From the NCBI RefSeq assembly GCF_006345805.1, contig NC_043000.1:151900001-151964000 (forward strand): a DNA stretch of 64,000 nt, read 5' to 3'. The DNA is from Octopus sinensis (taxonomy: Eukaryota). A program made the position numbers and the translations under genes. Within the stretch, counting starts at the first letter, position 1. Every line of letters starts with the position of its first letter. Below are positions 13,091 through 24,917 of this stretch, in pieces. The notes under the pieces were generated by a model. It was given only the letters and a program-made list of their open reading frames with translations. It was not told where the DNA came from and searched no databases.

Positions 13091-14530
13091 CTCTAACTTT
13101 CAACCACCTTCATCTCATGTAAATTTTACCAAATTATATTTTTATCTTATTTTATTTTATTTTTATTTTTACTTTTATTTTTACTTTTATCCTACTTCCA
13201 TTTATTTTTATTTTTACTTTTATTCTACTTCCATTTATTCTCATTTTTTATTTTTTTTATCCCTTACCTTAACTCTTATAATTTTTATAATTCTTATATT
13301 TCATTTCTAACTATTACATTGTATTTCTTATTTTTTATACTGTATTTTTTATTTCTAATTTTTAACTTACCCACATTCTTACCCCTAACTTATCGCTTTA
13401 TACCTCTATATATGTTTATTTACTTACCTATAGATCCACTTTGACTATACGAGCGTCCGCGTACGTGTGTATACCATACATACATATGCACGCGCATATA
13501 TGTACATGCATATTCGATATCTTATAGCTATACCCATGTGCGCGTGTGTCTCTGTGTATGTGAGTGTATATGTGCACGCGCATACGGACACACAGCGTGT
13601 GTGCGTGCACGTATAGACATGAGTACGTGACTGTTTACATACGTTCTTATACACATCCTTTAATATCTTATATCTAGACCTAGAGGCGTGGGCATATACG
13701 TGTGTATGTATGGATGGGGCGCGTATGTACATGTGAGGTGTACGCGTATAGTGTCCGTGTATACATGCGGATATTCTGTTGTAGTATGTGTGTGTGTACG
13801 CGCGTGCGTGTGGGTGCGTGTGTGTTTATGTACATGTTTACACGCGAGTGCGTGTGTATGCTTATAGGCTTGGAGGCGTATATGTACGCGTGTTGTGGAT
13901 GTATGTATCCATGATGATATGTATGTACTAGAAGTCCATTTAATTCAAGAAACCAGATTAAATGCTCATCAACTCTGATTTACAACACATATTAGGTCCC
14001 CAGACGAAACTGTTTGATTTACTGACAATTCTACAACTAAATTTTATCAATCTCCTGACCACCATGCTTGGTCCGTAACCTCTATACTCCTTATCTTTAC
14101 ATTCTTTACATTTTATCATGTTTTTATCATGTTTTTACTCTTTTTCTCTTCTCTATTTTTACTTTATAACCTTATGCCTTTACATTTACTTATATTTCTT
14201 TATATTTCTTTATATCCTTATACCCCTTTACATCTCCTTATAACTCTTTATATCTTTATGCTCTACTTTTTATATTTTTCTATACTTACACCTTTTATAC
14301 ATTTGTTATCCCTGGTCCCGAATTCTCGCCCCCCATCTTCACGTCTATATATGTATTTATTTATTTACATTACCTCAACACCCAGTTTTCCTCATTCTAC
14401 ATTGAGAGAAGAAGGAGATGGACGCTTCAATTCTATTGCTGCTGCCGCATTATGTACGCGAATGAGAGGATTCGCATCCCCAACCAAGAATTTTTGATGT
14501 AACACATGTCCTTGTGGAAGCTTGTTGTGC

Positions 14531-14608
14531 GCGGCTGAAGAAGGCCACAGACATACATTATGCATTGTTATAAATCTGTCTAATAAAGGCCCGAAACATA
14601 TGTACCGC
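14531..14608 (+). ncRNA. Type I hammerhead ribozyme motif (PLE-like), long stem II, GUA cleavage triplet
   Basis: Stem I GCGG(14531-34)/CCGC(14605-08); core CTGAAGA(14535-41); stem II GGCC...GGCC with inner ACAGA/TCTGT; GAAAC(14593-97); palindromic ACATATGT stem III; GTA at 14602-04. Confidence 0.7.
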
Positions 14609-14777
14609 TGAATCCTTCGCATCATGTTTTTATTTTTATTTTGATCAATTTATATATATATATATATATTATATGTATATATATATATATATTATATATA
14701 TTATATAAAATATATACATATATATATATATAATATATATACACACCACATTATATATATATATATATATATTAATA

Positions 14778-14817
<40 letters not shown>

Positions 14818-14869
14818 ATATATATATATGTATATATATTATATATTTATATATATATATATTATATAT

Positions 14870-14910
<41 letters not shown>

Positions 14911-14911
<1 letters not shown>

Positions 14912-15952
14912 ATACTAAGTAATTAAGGTTTAGCAACGAATTGCCTCACCAACACACCGAATTTAGAAATAGCAGTCAAAGAGATATAGCTATTCCTTCT
15001 ACTAAAAGGGGGATCTCAGTAAAACACAGCACTTGAAAGGCAAACACAGACAGGTAAGAAAGAAAGAATGAAATGACGGCACATCTATCATACAATTTTA
15101 AGTTACCTACGGACGTACGTTTCGAATCAAGTTTTAGGAAAGCATAAGAATTAGAAAATTCTACCTTACCCAAACTTCTTTTCTCATCGGCGCAGGATAC
15201 TACAATTATGAATAATTGTATATTAAATTTTTGAGATACCAGAAGGCATTATATCAACTCAGTGTCAGAGCGAGCCAAAGCATGACCAGTACCACGAAAT
15301 TCAAAGTGTGAATGAAAGTTTGTGTCACCCGCCCCCTTCCACTCGCGTGCAGCCAAGACAAAATGCTGTGGTCATTTACTGGGATAAATATGGTTATCAG
15401 TAACAATAAAGGGTGAAATTAATTAATTTGGAATAATATCATTACACCAAGTAGATTTCGGCATGTAAAAGCCCCATTCGAGGAAAATTTAAGTAATACT
15501 AAGTAATTAAGGTTAGCAACGAATTGCCTCACCACACACCGAATTTAGAAATAGCAGTCAAAGAGATATAGCTATTCCTTCTACTAAAAGGGGGATCTCA
15601 GTAAAAACACAGCACTTGAAAGGCAAACACAGACAGGTAGAAAAGAAAGAATGAAATGACGGCAATCTATCATACAATTTTAAGTTACCTACGGACGTAC
15701 GTTTCGAAATCAAGTTTTAGGAAAGCATAAGAATTAGATTCGAAACGTACGTCCGTAGGTAACTTAAAATTGTATGATAGATTGCCGTCATTTCATTCTT
15801 TCTTTCTTACCTGTCTGTGTTTGGCCTTTCAAGTGCTGTGTTTACTGAGATCCCCCTTTTAGTAGAAGGAATAGCTATATCTCTTTGACTGCTATTTCTA
15901 AACTCGGTGTGTTGGTGAGGCAATTCGTTGCTAAACCCTTAATTACTTAGTA
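14911..15952. repeat. 584-bp unit (14911-15494), a partial direct copy (15495-15737) and an inverted partial copy (15738-15952)
   Basis: AATACTAAGTAATTAAGG starts at 14911 and 15495; its reverse complement ends near 15952. Copies differ almost only by 1-bp indels. Confidence 0.9.
15106..15196 (-). ncRNA. Type I hammerhead-like motif with variant core CCGAUGA, GUC cleavage triplet
   Basis: Minus strand: CCTGCG-CCGATGA-GAA...TTC-GAAAC-GTAC-GTC-CGTAGG. 6-bp stem I, 60-nt structured stem II, palindromic ACGTACGT stem III. Confidence 0.65.
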
Positions 15953-15965
15953 TATATATACATAC

Positions 15966-16008
<43 letters not shown>

Positions 16009-16009
16009 A

Positions 16010-16329
16010 AGGCGCGTGGCTTAGTGGTTAGGGTGTGTCGGCTTACGATCGTAAGGTTCTGCGTTCAATTCCCAACGACGCGTTGTGTCCTCGAGCAAGA
16101 CACTCTATTTCCCGTTGCCCCAGTCGACTCAGCTGGTAAAAGTGAGTTGGACATGTACTTCAAAGGGCCAGCCTTGTCACACAATGTGTCACGCTGAATC
16201 TCCCTTAGAACTACGTGAAGGGTGGACGTATCTGTGGAGTGCTCAGCCGCATGTTCGTTAATTTCACGAGTAGGCTCTTCCGTTGATCAGATCAACTGGA
16301 ACCCTTGTCGTCGTAACCGACGGAGTACC
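16010..16329 (+). mobile_element. SINE family C
   Basis: Full-length copy. Confidence 0.85.
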
Positions 16330-16335
16330 ACTATA

Positions 16336-16399
<64 letters not shown>

Positions 16400-16609
16400 T
16401 AGATATATATATATATTATATATATATATCATATATATATATAATGTATAATATGTATATACATATATATATATATATATATAAAGCATTAGCTGCTTTT
16501 TAAAAAAGAGTATTACTCTATCTTTGGTATTCTAGTACTATTTTTTCTACCTTGTTTCGCATTTATGTGCACTGACTCTTGTGTGTGTATGTATATATAT
16601 ATATATATA

Positions 16610-16768
16610 TAAAAACCTGTCCAACGTTAGTTGTTTTTGCTTGCGTTGCAAGATGTTTCTAAAATGGGACATGACATTGTCATTGAAAAGGTTTACTGCT
16701 CTATTTGCTACCAGTGTATCAGAGTGACATTTTCCCACAAAACTTTCCCACATCACCCCATTTTGCAC
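16610..16768 (-). mobile_element. Tigger/pogo transposase C-terminal fragment
   Basis: FVGKCHSDTLVANRAVNLFNDNVMSHFRNILQRKQKQLTLDRFL resembles the Tigger C-terminal KQxxLDRF motif. Confidence 0.65.
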
Positions 16769-16962
16769 AAATGTCTGTGATTATAGAACTCAGGTCACCC
16801 TCCTTTCCTTTCTTCTCCATACACACGCAAGCATGTATCTGACTCATACCCTATTCACTTTCCAGACAATTGTGCATTACTGCTTATGCTTTATACGCAC
16901 TTTTGACAAGTTGTAGTGCACCCAAGCACTGTATACAATAATTTCATATTATTATTATTATT

Positions 16963-16993
<31 letters not shown>

Positions 16994-17247
16994 TGAGCAA
17001 GACACTTTATTTCACGTTGCTCCAGTTCACTCAGCTGTAGAAATGAGTTGCGACGTCACTGGTGCCAAGCTGTATCGACCTTTGTGTTTCCCTTGGATAA
17101 CATCGGTGACGTGGAGAGGGGAGGCCGGTATGCATGGGCGACTGCTGGTCTTCCATAAAAAACAACCTTGCCCAGACTTGTGCCTCAGAGGGTAACTCTC
17201 TAGGTGCAAACCCATGGTCAGTGTCTGACCGAAGGTGGTCATCTCAT

Positions 17248-17354
17248 TATTATTACTATTACTATTACTATTATTATTATTATTACTATTACTATTACTA
17301 TTACTATTACTATTATTATTATTATTATTATTATTATTACTACTACTGCTATTA

Positions 17355-17401
<47 letters not shown>
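17248..17401. repeat. (ATT/ACT)n microsatellite
   Basis: Direct reading. Confidence 0.95.
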
Positions 17402-17407
<6 letters not shown>

Positions 17408-17418
17408 ATGTGTCTGTC

Positions 17419-17826
17419 CTGGAAAGGACGATTCTGTTGTTTAGGCCCAAGAAACATCGTTTCTAGCTGGCTACACGACACAATAGCTGTGTCCTTATAT
17501 CTTCAAACAGAGAATTCAGCACTCCCACCTAGCACAAAACAAAATCTGTGAACTGGTTTCTGGGTTATTGCTCTTTATCAACAAAGAATATCTGCTTGAC
17601 CAAATGGCGTTGCTGAATTCACCGTTCGAATATATAGTTTTCAAAGTGACACACAGTCGCTGATCTAAAAATAGAAATATTATTATTTCTAAATCTCCCA
17701 AAGAGAGACATTTAGTAACAGTTTTCTAGAGTAAAGGCTATTTGCCAACATAATGTGGCTGTCCGTCGTATAGCCAACTAGAAACGATGTTTCTTGGGGT
17801 TAAGCAACAGTAACGTCGTCCCTTCT
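17419..17826. mobile_element. MITE-like element with about 60-bp imperfect TIRs
   Basis: CCCAAGAAACATCGTTTCTAGCTGGCTA near 17447 versus TAGCCAACTAGAAACGATGTTTCTTGGG near 17770; no TSD seen. Confidence 0.6.
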
Positions 17827-18044
17827 TTTACTTGTTTCAGTCATTTTACTATGGCCATGCTGGAGCACCGCCTTTAGTCCAGCAAATTGACCCCAGGACT
17901 TATTCTTTGTAAGCCTAGTACTTATTCTATCGGTTTCTATTGCCAAACCGCTAAGTTAAGGGGACGTAAACACACCAGCAGCGGTTGTCAAGCAATGCTA
18001 GGAGGACAAACACAGACACACAAACACACACATACATACATACA

Positions 18045-18078
<34 letters not shown>

Positions 18079-18268
18079 CTATATATAGATATATATACAT
18101 ATATACGACAGGCTTCTTTCAGTTTCCGTCTACCAAATCCACTCACAAGGCATTAATCGGCCCGGGGCTATAGCAGAAGACACTTGCCCAAGATGCCACG
18201 CAGTGGGACTGAACCCGGAACCATGTGGTTGGTAAGCAAGCTACTTACCACCCACCCACTCCTGCGCC
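17824..18268 (-). mobile_element. SINE family A
   Basis: Full-length copy. Confidence 0.9.
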
Positions 18269-18327
18269 TTGTATGTATGTATGTATGTATGTATGTATGT
18301 ATGTATGTATGTATGTATGTATGTATG

Positions 18328-18878
18328 TCAGGTCACTTTCAAGTGCTACTGGTAACATGTAACCCAATACAACCAGTTGCATGGTCGGGTCGTCGGCGAC
18401 TAAACCGGCAACCCCACCAAGCTCGCTTGGTGAGGAGGGTGTTTATTGGTCACTCTGCGGGATGAAAAACAAAACCCGTCAAAGGGCGGGGGAACTCTTG
18501 AGAGTCAACGGCCATCCAATAAATGTCTTAAGGCTGTATCATGCGCGGGACATAGAAATAATCGGACTGAATACCCGATCGCGCGGTTAAACCATTGGGA
18601 GTGAAGGACTCGTAGCCTTTGTTAGGGCATCCTTCTAGGAGAAGGTAACTCAGGTAACTGGGATAACTCCGACATAAAACCTGCGGCTCAGTGGTTACCG
18701 ATGATGTTGACTTGTTCTTCTTTTCGGATTATGGCTGCTGTTGCTTAGTGAGTGGGATTGACCCAGTGCACAGCCTTTCCCCACTTAAAAAAATCTTCTT
18801 GCACAGGCATTGCACGATAACAACATTGATTAAGCTTCGTGCAATGGCCATACTCGATAACGAGGGGGCAGCCACCAT
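18328..18878 (+). mobile_element. Putative non-autonomous RTE derivative (5' UTR-like plus 3' end) between (TATG)n arrays
   Basis: Contains GGGCATCCTTCTAGGAGAAGGTAACTC, similar to RTE 5' UTR motifs as I recall them; GC-rich and non-coding. Confidence 0.4.
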
Positions 18879-19539
18879 GTATGTATGTATGTATGTATGT
18901 ATGTATGTATGTATGTACATAAACATTTAATAGGACACTTTCGAGGCATTATTCTAAACATCTCGTTGCAAATGTGAAGTACGGACTGCACAATAAAAAA
19001 AAATGATCGCACCGGCTACGCCTAACATGCATATGCCTACGAAAAATAATTTAGGTGTTGGAAAATTGAGGTACGAAAACAAAGAACCTCGCATTCTTAA
19101 AACGTTTCTGCAGGTACATCATAAAAACTAATTACTCGCATGAACCATCAAGTAGCTCTGATACCAGCAAAGTCTGTATTCTGAACAGTACTAACTGAAA
19201 AATGTTTTTTTTCTTCCACCGTTAAGTTTTGGGTGCAGTTTCGCCTTGTACCCAAAGTATCGTGACGTCATGCATTAAAAATGGCGTCGAAGCAATAATT
19301 TCTACGTCGCTTGATAAGTAGACGTAATTTTGAGCATCGGCCAAACTATATACTTATAATAATAATTCTTGACAATTATTTAGCAATAAAGACATTATTA
19401 ATAAACATTTGTATGAATAATAGTCTTCACATATCATAGAGTGCACAGCCGAAAATAAATTCTGGGTAGTATGTACTATTAATTAGATATTTTTTTACTT
19501 TTCTAAACTTTTAAGCACGCCATTTAACATTATATGTGT

Positions 19540-19966
19540 GTACATATATGTACATGCATGCATGCATGCATATATACATACATACATACATACATGCATG
19601 CATGCATGCATGCATGCATACATGCATACATACATACATACATACATACATACATACATGCATACATACATACATACATGCATACATACATACATGCATA
19701 CATACATACATACATACATGCATACATGCATACATACATACATACGTACATACATACATGCATGCATGCATGCATACATACATACATACATACATACATA
19801 CACACACACATACATACATACATACATACATACATACATACATACATAATACATACATACATACACACACACATACATACATACATACATACATACATTC
19901 ATGCATGCATACATACATACATACATACATACATACATACATACATACATACATACATACATACAT
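19540..19966. repeat. (TACA)n/(TGCA)n array
   Basis: Direct reading. Confidence 0.98.
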
Positions 19967-20235
19967 AAACTATTTAAGAAAACGTTCTCTTTTACTCTCT
20001 CTTTCTGTTTATATATATGTGTGTGTGTGTGTGTACGTACAGAAATTGATATATATATATATAAATTTATATACATACATACATATGCAGAGAGAGAGAG
20101 GGGGGGCAGACAGACCAACAGAACAAATCAATAAGAATAGACAAAAATCAAATGCTAAAAGTCCAAGGGACGCTCACAACTAATGAGGTTGACGCTCAAG
20201 AAATAACAGTTATAAAGGGAAAGTTATAGAGTAAA

Positions 20236-20271
20236 GGTATAACGTTTCGGATATAGTCCTTCGTCGAATAC
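20236..20271 (-). ncRNA. Minimal type I hammerhead-like motif with variant core UCGACGA
   Basis: Minus strand: GTAT-TCGACGA-A-GGA-ctata-TCC-GAAAC-GTT-ATAC. Confidence 0.45.
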
Positions 20272-20513
20272 ACAGAGAAATGTCGAGGGAAAAAGAGAAA
20301 TGACTGAGTAAAGGAGATAAGAATGGAGTACCAAGAAAATTCACACGTTCGTTCTCTGATTGTCCAGAAGTATGAGAGATACTTGTTGTTTTTAAAGGTA
20401 AGAACGTGGTTGTTAATATGTATGTGTGTATGTCTGAATATGTGAGTGAGTGCGTGTGTGTGAGGGTACATGTGTAAATACTGTCTACATGTATATATGT
20501 TTGCGTGTGTATA

Positions 20514-20558
<45 letters not shown>

Positions 20559-20616
20559 ATATATACATATACACACACGTATATGTAGGTATATGTTAAC
20601 TCTGTTGATGACGCAT

Positions 20617-20661
20617 ACAAACTACGCATGTTTCTTTCGAATTTCGAAATCATCAGAGTTT
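20617..20661 (-). ncRNA. Hammerhead-like motif with canonical core CUGAUGA and stem I register off by one
   Basis: Minus strand: AAACT-CTGATGA-TTTCGA-aat-TCGAAA-GAAAC-atgc-GT-AGTTT. H17 appears missing or stem I is shifted. Confidence 0.45.
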
Positions 20662-20989
20662 ATATGTGTTCTAGATGTTAAAGAGGGAGAATAGTGTTAG
20701 ACTATTCGATGCTGATCATTATACAGTGGAATAAATCAGCGTATGAAGGAAATGGGTATGGGAGAGCAAGAGGAAAGGAACTACGAATGGTGATAGAGAG
20801 AGAAAAAGAAAAAAAACTACTGTTTGAAATTAGTTCATCTGTCATAGGTCACCGTCGAGGAAGAGCTGAGTTGTGAAATAGATACGGTGAGGTAAGTATT
20901 TAAATATAAATGTATATATAGGAATTGAATAAAGGTTTTCCCTGTGAATCTCCCTCCTATTTGCTAACAAACAAACTCTAAGGGTTCTT

Positions 20990-21370
20990 CACACTACTAT
21001 AATTAAATTCAAATTGGAAGTAGCTTTAAGCGTAAGTTAATATAAACTGATACACACGCAAAATGCTGAACGTAACAGTCATAGAAAAATTATCTGGTAC
21101 AAACCACCCTAAAGCATTTCAGTTGCAACCCCAGCAGCGCAATAATTCCACAAACGCTTTAAAAGGCTCTTTCCCACACGACACGTGTGCAACCCAGTTT
21201 TTAACAAAAGAACCAACAAAATCATCCACTCAATTGCCCTAAATTTTTGTCCAGAAACATCGCAGACTCCAGCATCTAACATCAACAAACACCAAATACA
21301 CACAAGTTTAGAGGAGAATACAAATTGCCCCATCTCTGACACGTGCATTGTACAACAGAAATGCTTGATC
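20990..21370 (+). mobile_element. Decayed Penelope-like element ORF remnant (RT to GIY-YIG linker)
   Basis: RNSHRKIIWYKPP*SISVAT...FPTRHVCNPVFNKRTNKIIHS...NCPISDTC resembles the PLE motif RNIIWFNPPFS...HFP...IFN...CPL. Confidence 0.65.
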
Positions 21371-22117
21371 AAGGTCCTTTTAAAAAAAATTGATCAACTT
21401 GAGGTTATGATAGAAAACACTTGCTCGACATGCCGCGCAGTAGGATCGTTTTGAACTACGTAGTTGCAAAACAATATTTAATTTCTTAATTTGTTAACAA
21501 CCACATGCGTGGAAAACAATATAGTTTTTAGCACGTTTACAAGTAATAACACGATTACCCAACAACTCCGTTTCGGCAGTGCACTTTATGATATGTGATG
21601 CCAATTATTCGTATGTTTTTATTAATAATATCTTTATTAATAAATAATTGCGATGAGATATTTCTATAGAATATATAGTCTATAAGAAGAAATATCCACT
21701 GATTTTGTTCTGGGGTGGTGAGGTAACAGTGATTTACTTAACAATCAACAGACGTTTGTTAACATGCTCAGACTGGTTTCATTATGTAGCAGGAAACTTT
21801 ATTGTGCACATACACACAATTAAGTTGTTATTTAACCGTGAGAAAAGGTATACAAAGAATGAATATTTAGTTTTGTAGATTGACAAAGAAAATTAGTTTT
21901 GTATTTTGACAAAGAAAATTATCTCAAAATCTTGCATGATAACAGAAAAATAGATTAGCCAATGGTGGAGACGGCACGTAGAAATATCAGTCAAACTCCA
22001 TTGAATTACCACAGCCATAAAAAAAAACTGAAGACTACATAGCATAAACCATACCTGAAAAAGATGATGGCGAGAACGCCTTTCTACTCGATAAGTGCTG
22101 TCTCTCTCATTCTCTCT

Positions 22118-22186
<69 letters not shown>

Positions 22187-22253
22187 GTGCGTTTGCAAGT
22201 ATACTTAGTTGAGTATGCATATGTGTATGTGCGCATGCATATATCTGTATGTA

Positions 22254-22284
<31 letters not shown>

Positions 22285-22285
<1 letters not shown>

Positions 22286-22675
22286 CTCTTTTACTTGTTT
22301 CAGTCTTTTGACTGCGGCCATGCTGGAGCACCGTCTTTAGTCGAGCAAATCGACCCCGGGACTTATTCTTTGTAAGCCCAGTACTTATTCTATCGGTCTC
22401 TTTTCGCTGAACCGCTAAGTGACGCGGACGTAAACACACCAGCATCGGTTGTCAAGCGATGCTAGTTGGACAAACACATACACACAAACATATACACATA
22501 CATATATATATACGACAGGCTTCTTTCAGTTTCCGTCTACCAAATCCACTCACAAGGCATTGGTCGGTCCGAGGCTATAGCAGAAGACACTTGCCTATGA
22601 TGCCACGCAGTGGGACTGAACCCAGAACGATGTGATTGGTTAGCAAGCTACTTACCACACAGCCACTCCTGCGCC
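22285..22675 (-). mobile_element. SINE family A
   Basis: Full-length copy. Confidence 0.9.
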
Positions 22676-22686
22676 TATATATATAT

Positions 22687-22788
<102 letters not shown>

Positions 22789-22814
22789 TATATATGGGTA
22801 TATAATGCATGTGT

Positions 22815-23148
22815 GAATGCACATGACTCAGTGGTTAGACCATCGAGCTCAGTCATGAGACAGTGAGTTTGATTCTCGGACCGGATTGTGTGTTGCGTTC
22901 TTGAGCAAGACACTTTATTTCATGTTACTCCAGTTCACTCAGCTGTAGAAATGAGTTGCGACGTCACTGGTGCCAAGCTGTATCGGCCCCTTTGCCTTTC
23001 CTTTGGATAACATCGGTGGCGCGGAGAAGGGGAGCTGGTATGCATGGGTGACTGCTGACCTTCCACAAACAACCTTGCCCAGACTTGTGCCTCGGAAGGG
23101 AATTTTCTAGTTGCAACGCCATGGTCATTCATGACCGAAGGGAGGCTT
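22815..23148 (+). mobile_element. SINE family D (C-like head and core, different tail); truncated copy at 16993-17243
   Basis: TTGAGCAAGACACTTTATTTCA...CACTCAGCTG shared with C, then GCGACGTCACTGGTGCCAAG tail. Confidence 0.8.
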
Positions 23149-23176
23149 CTTTTTATATAATGTATGCTTTTAGATA

Positions 23177-23588
23177 GGCAAGGCGTAGCTGTGTGATAAG
23201 ACGCTTGCTTACCAACCACATGGTTCCGGGTTCATTCCCATTGCATGACACCTTGGGCAAGTGTCTTCTACTATAGCCTCGAGCCGATCAAAGGCTTGTG
23301 AGTGTATGTCTTAGACGAAAACTGAAAGAATCCCGTTGCATATGTGTATGTGTGTGTGTGTATGTATATATTTGTGTGTTTATGTGTCTTTGAGTCTATA
23401 TTTGTCCCCCACCACCAGCGCTTGACAACCGATGTTGGTGTGTTTACGTCTCCGTAACTTAGCGGTTCAGCAAAAGAACCCGATAGAATAAGTACCGAAC
23501 GTACAAAGAATAAGCCCTGGGGTCGATTTCTTCGACTAAAAGGCGGCGCTCTAGCATGGCCACAGTCAAATGACTGAAACAAATAAAG
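23177..23588 (+). mobile_element. SINE family A (older copy)
   Basis: Full-length, more diverged. Partial copies also at about 23755-23905 and 24140-24400 (minus). Confidence 0.85.
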
Positions 23589-24220
23589 GAACAGACATAA
23601 TACATAAGCATACAGACACACATATATAAACACATGCATGTCTATACACACACATATACCTTAAGCACACATATATAACAAACACGCATAAAATACACTC
23701 ACAGTTCCACAGACACATGTACATACACATACGTGTGTGTATATATATATATATACACGTTTCAGTCATTTGACTGCGGCAATGCTGGAGCACCGCCTTT
23801 AGTCGAACAAATGAACCCAAGGACTTATTCTTTGTAAGCCTAGTACTTATTCTATCGGTTCTCTTTTGCCGAACCGCAAAGTTTGGGGGACACACCAACA
23901 TCGGTTTGACTGTCAAAAATTGTGAAGTATGACTGTCACCACTACTACATGAACCTGAAGATTGCAGAATTTAATGCATGAAAGTACTAGTTCAATCAGA
24001 ATGAACATTTAACATTCTATTATTTTATTTTATTATATTATATTATATTATCTTATATCATTATAAGATTGTAAATAAAACGTGAAAATCAGACAAGGTT
24101 GGAATTCCTTTTATATATATATATATATATTATATATATATATATATGTATGTATACGGTATCAGTCTCTTTTAACGAACTGCTAAGTTTCTAACATAGA
24201 CACAGACATTCACACGCACA

Positions 24221-24256
<36 letters not shown>

Positions 24257-24534
24257 CAACGAGCTCTTTTCAGTTTTCCGTCTACCAAATTTACTCACAC
24301 GGCTTTGGTTGGCCCGAAGCTATAGTAGAAGACATTAGCCCAAGGTGCACAGGTGTCACGCAGAACCATGTGGTTGGGAAGCAAACTTACCACCCAGCCA
24401 CATAGCATTTTCTCTCATGACTTTTCTATAACCATATAAAACTCTCCTCTTGCTACCGATTTTTCATATCACGTTTATATTTTTTCCGTCAGATCCAATA
24501 TTTTTCCCGTATTTCAACCTGTTTTGGCATTTAC

Positions 24535-24743
24535 TCTTACTCTTTACTCTTTTACTTGTTTCAGTCATTTGACTGCGGCCATGCTGAAGCACCGCCTTTA
24601 GTCGAGCAAATCGACCCCGGGACTTATTCTTTGTAAGCCCAGTACTTATTCTATCGGTCTCTTTTGCCGAACCGCTAACTGACGGGGACGTAAACACACC
24701 AGCATCGGTTGTCAAGCAATGCTAGGGGGACACACACATACAA

Positions 24744-24776
<33 letters not shown>

Positions 24777-24917
24777 CATATATACGACAGGCTTCTTTCA
24801 GTTTCCGTCTACCAAATCCACTCACAAGGCATTGGTCGGCCCGGGGCTATAGCAGAAGACACTTGCCCAAGATGCCACGCAGTGGGACTGAACCCGGAAC
24901 CACACAGCCACTCCTGC
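24535..24917 (-). mobile_element. SINE family A
   Basis: Near full-length copy. Confidence 0.9.

Noticed and set aside
20850-20897. Strong donor GAG|GTAAGT after a 60-aa ORF
   Set aside because: No downstream acceptor or exon partner and no protein similarity; lies within the probable PLE remnant.
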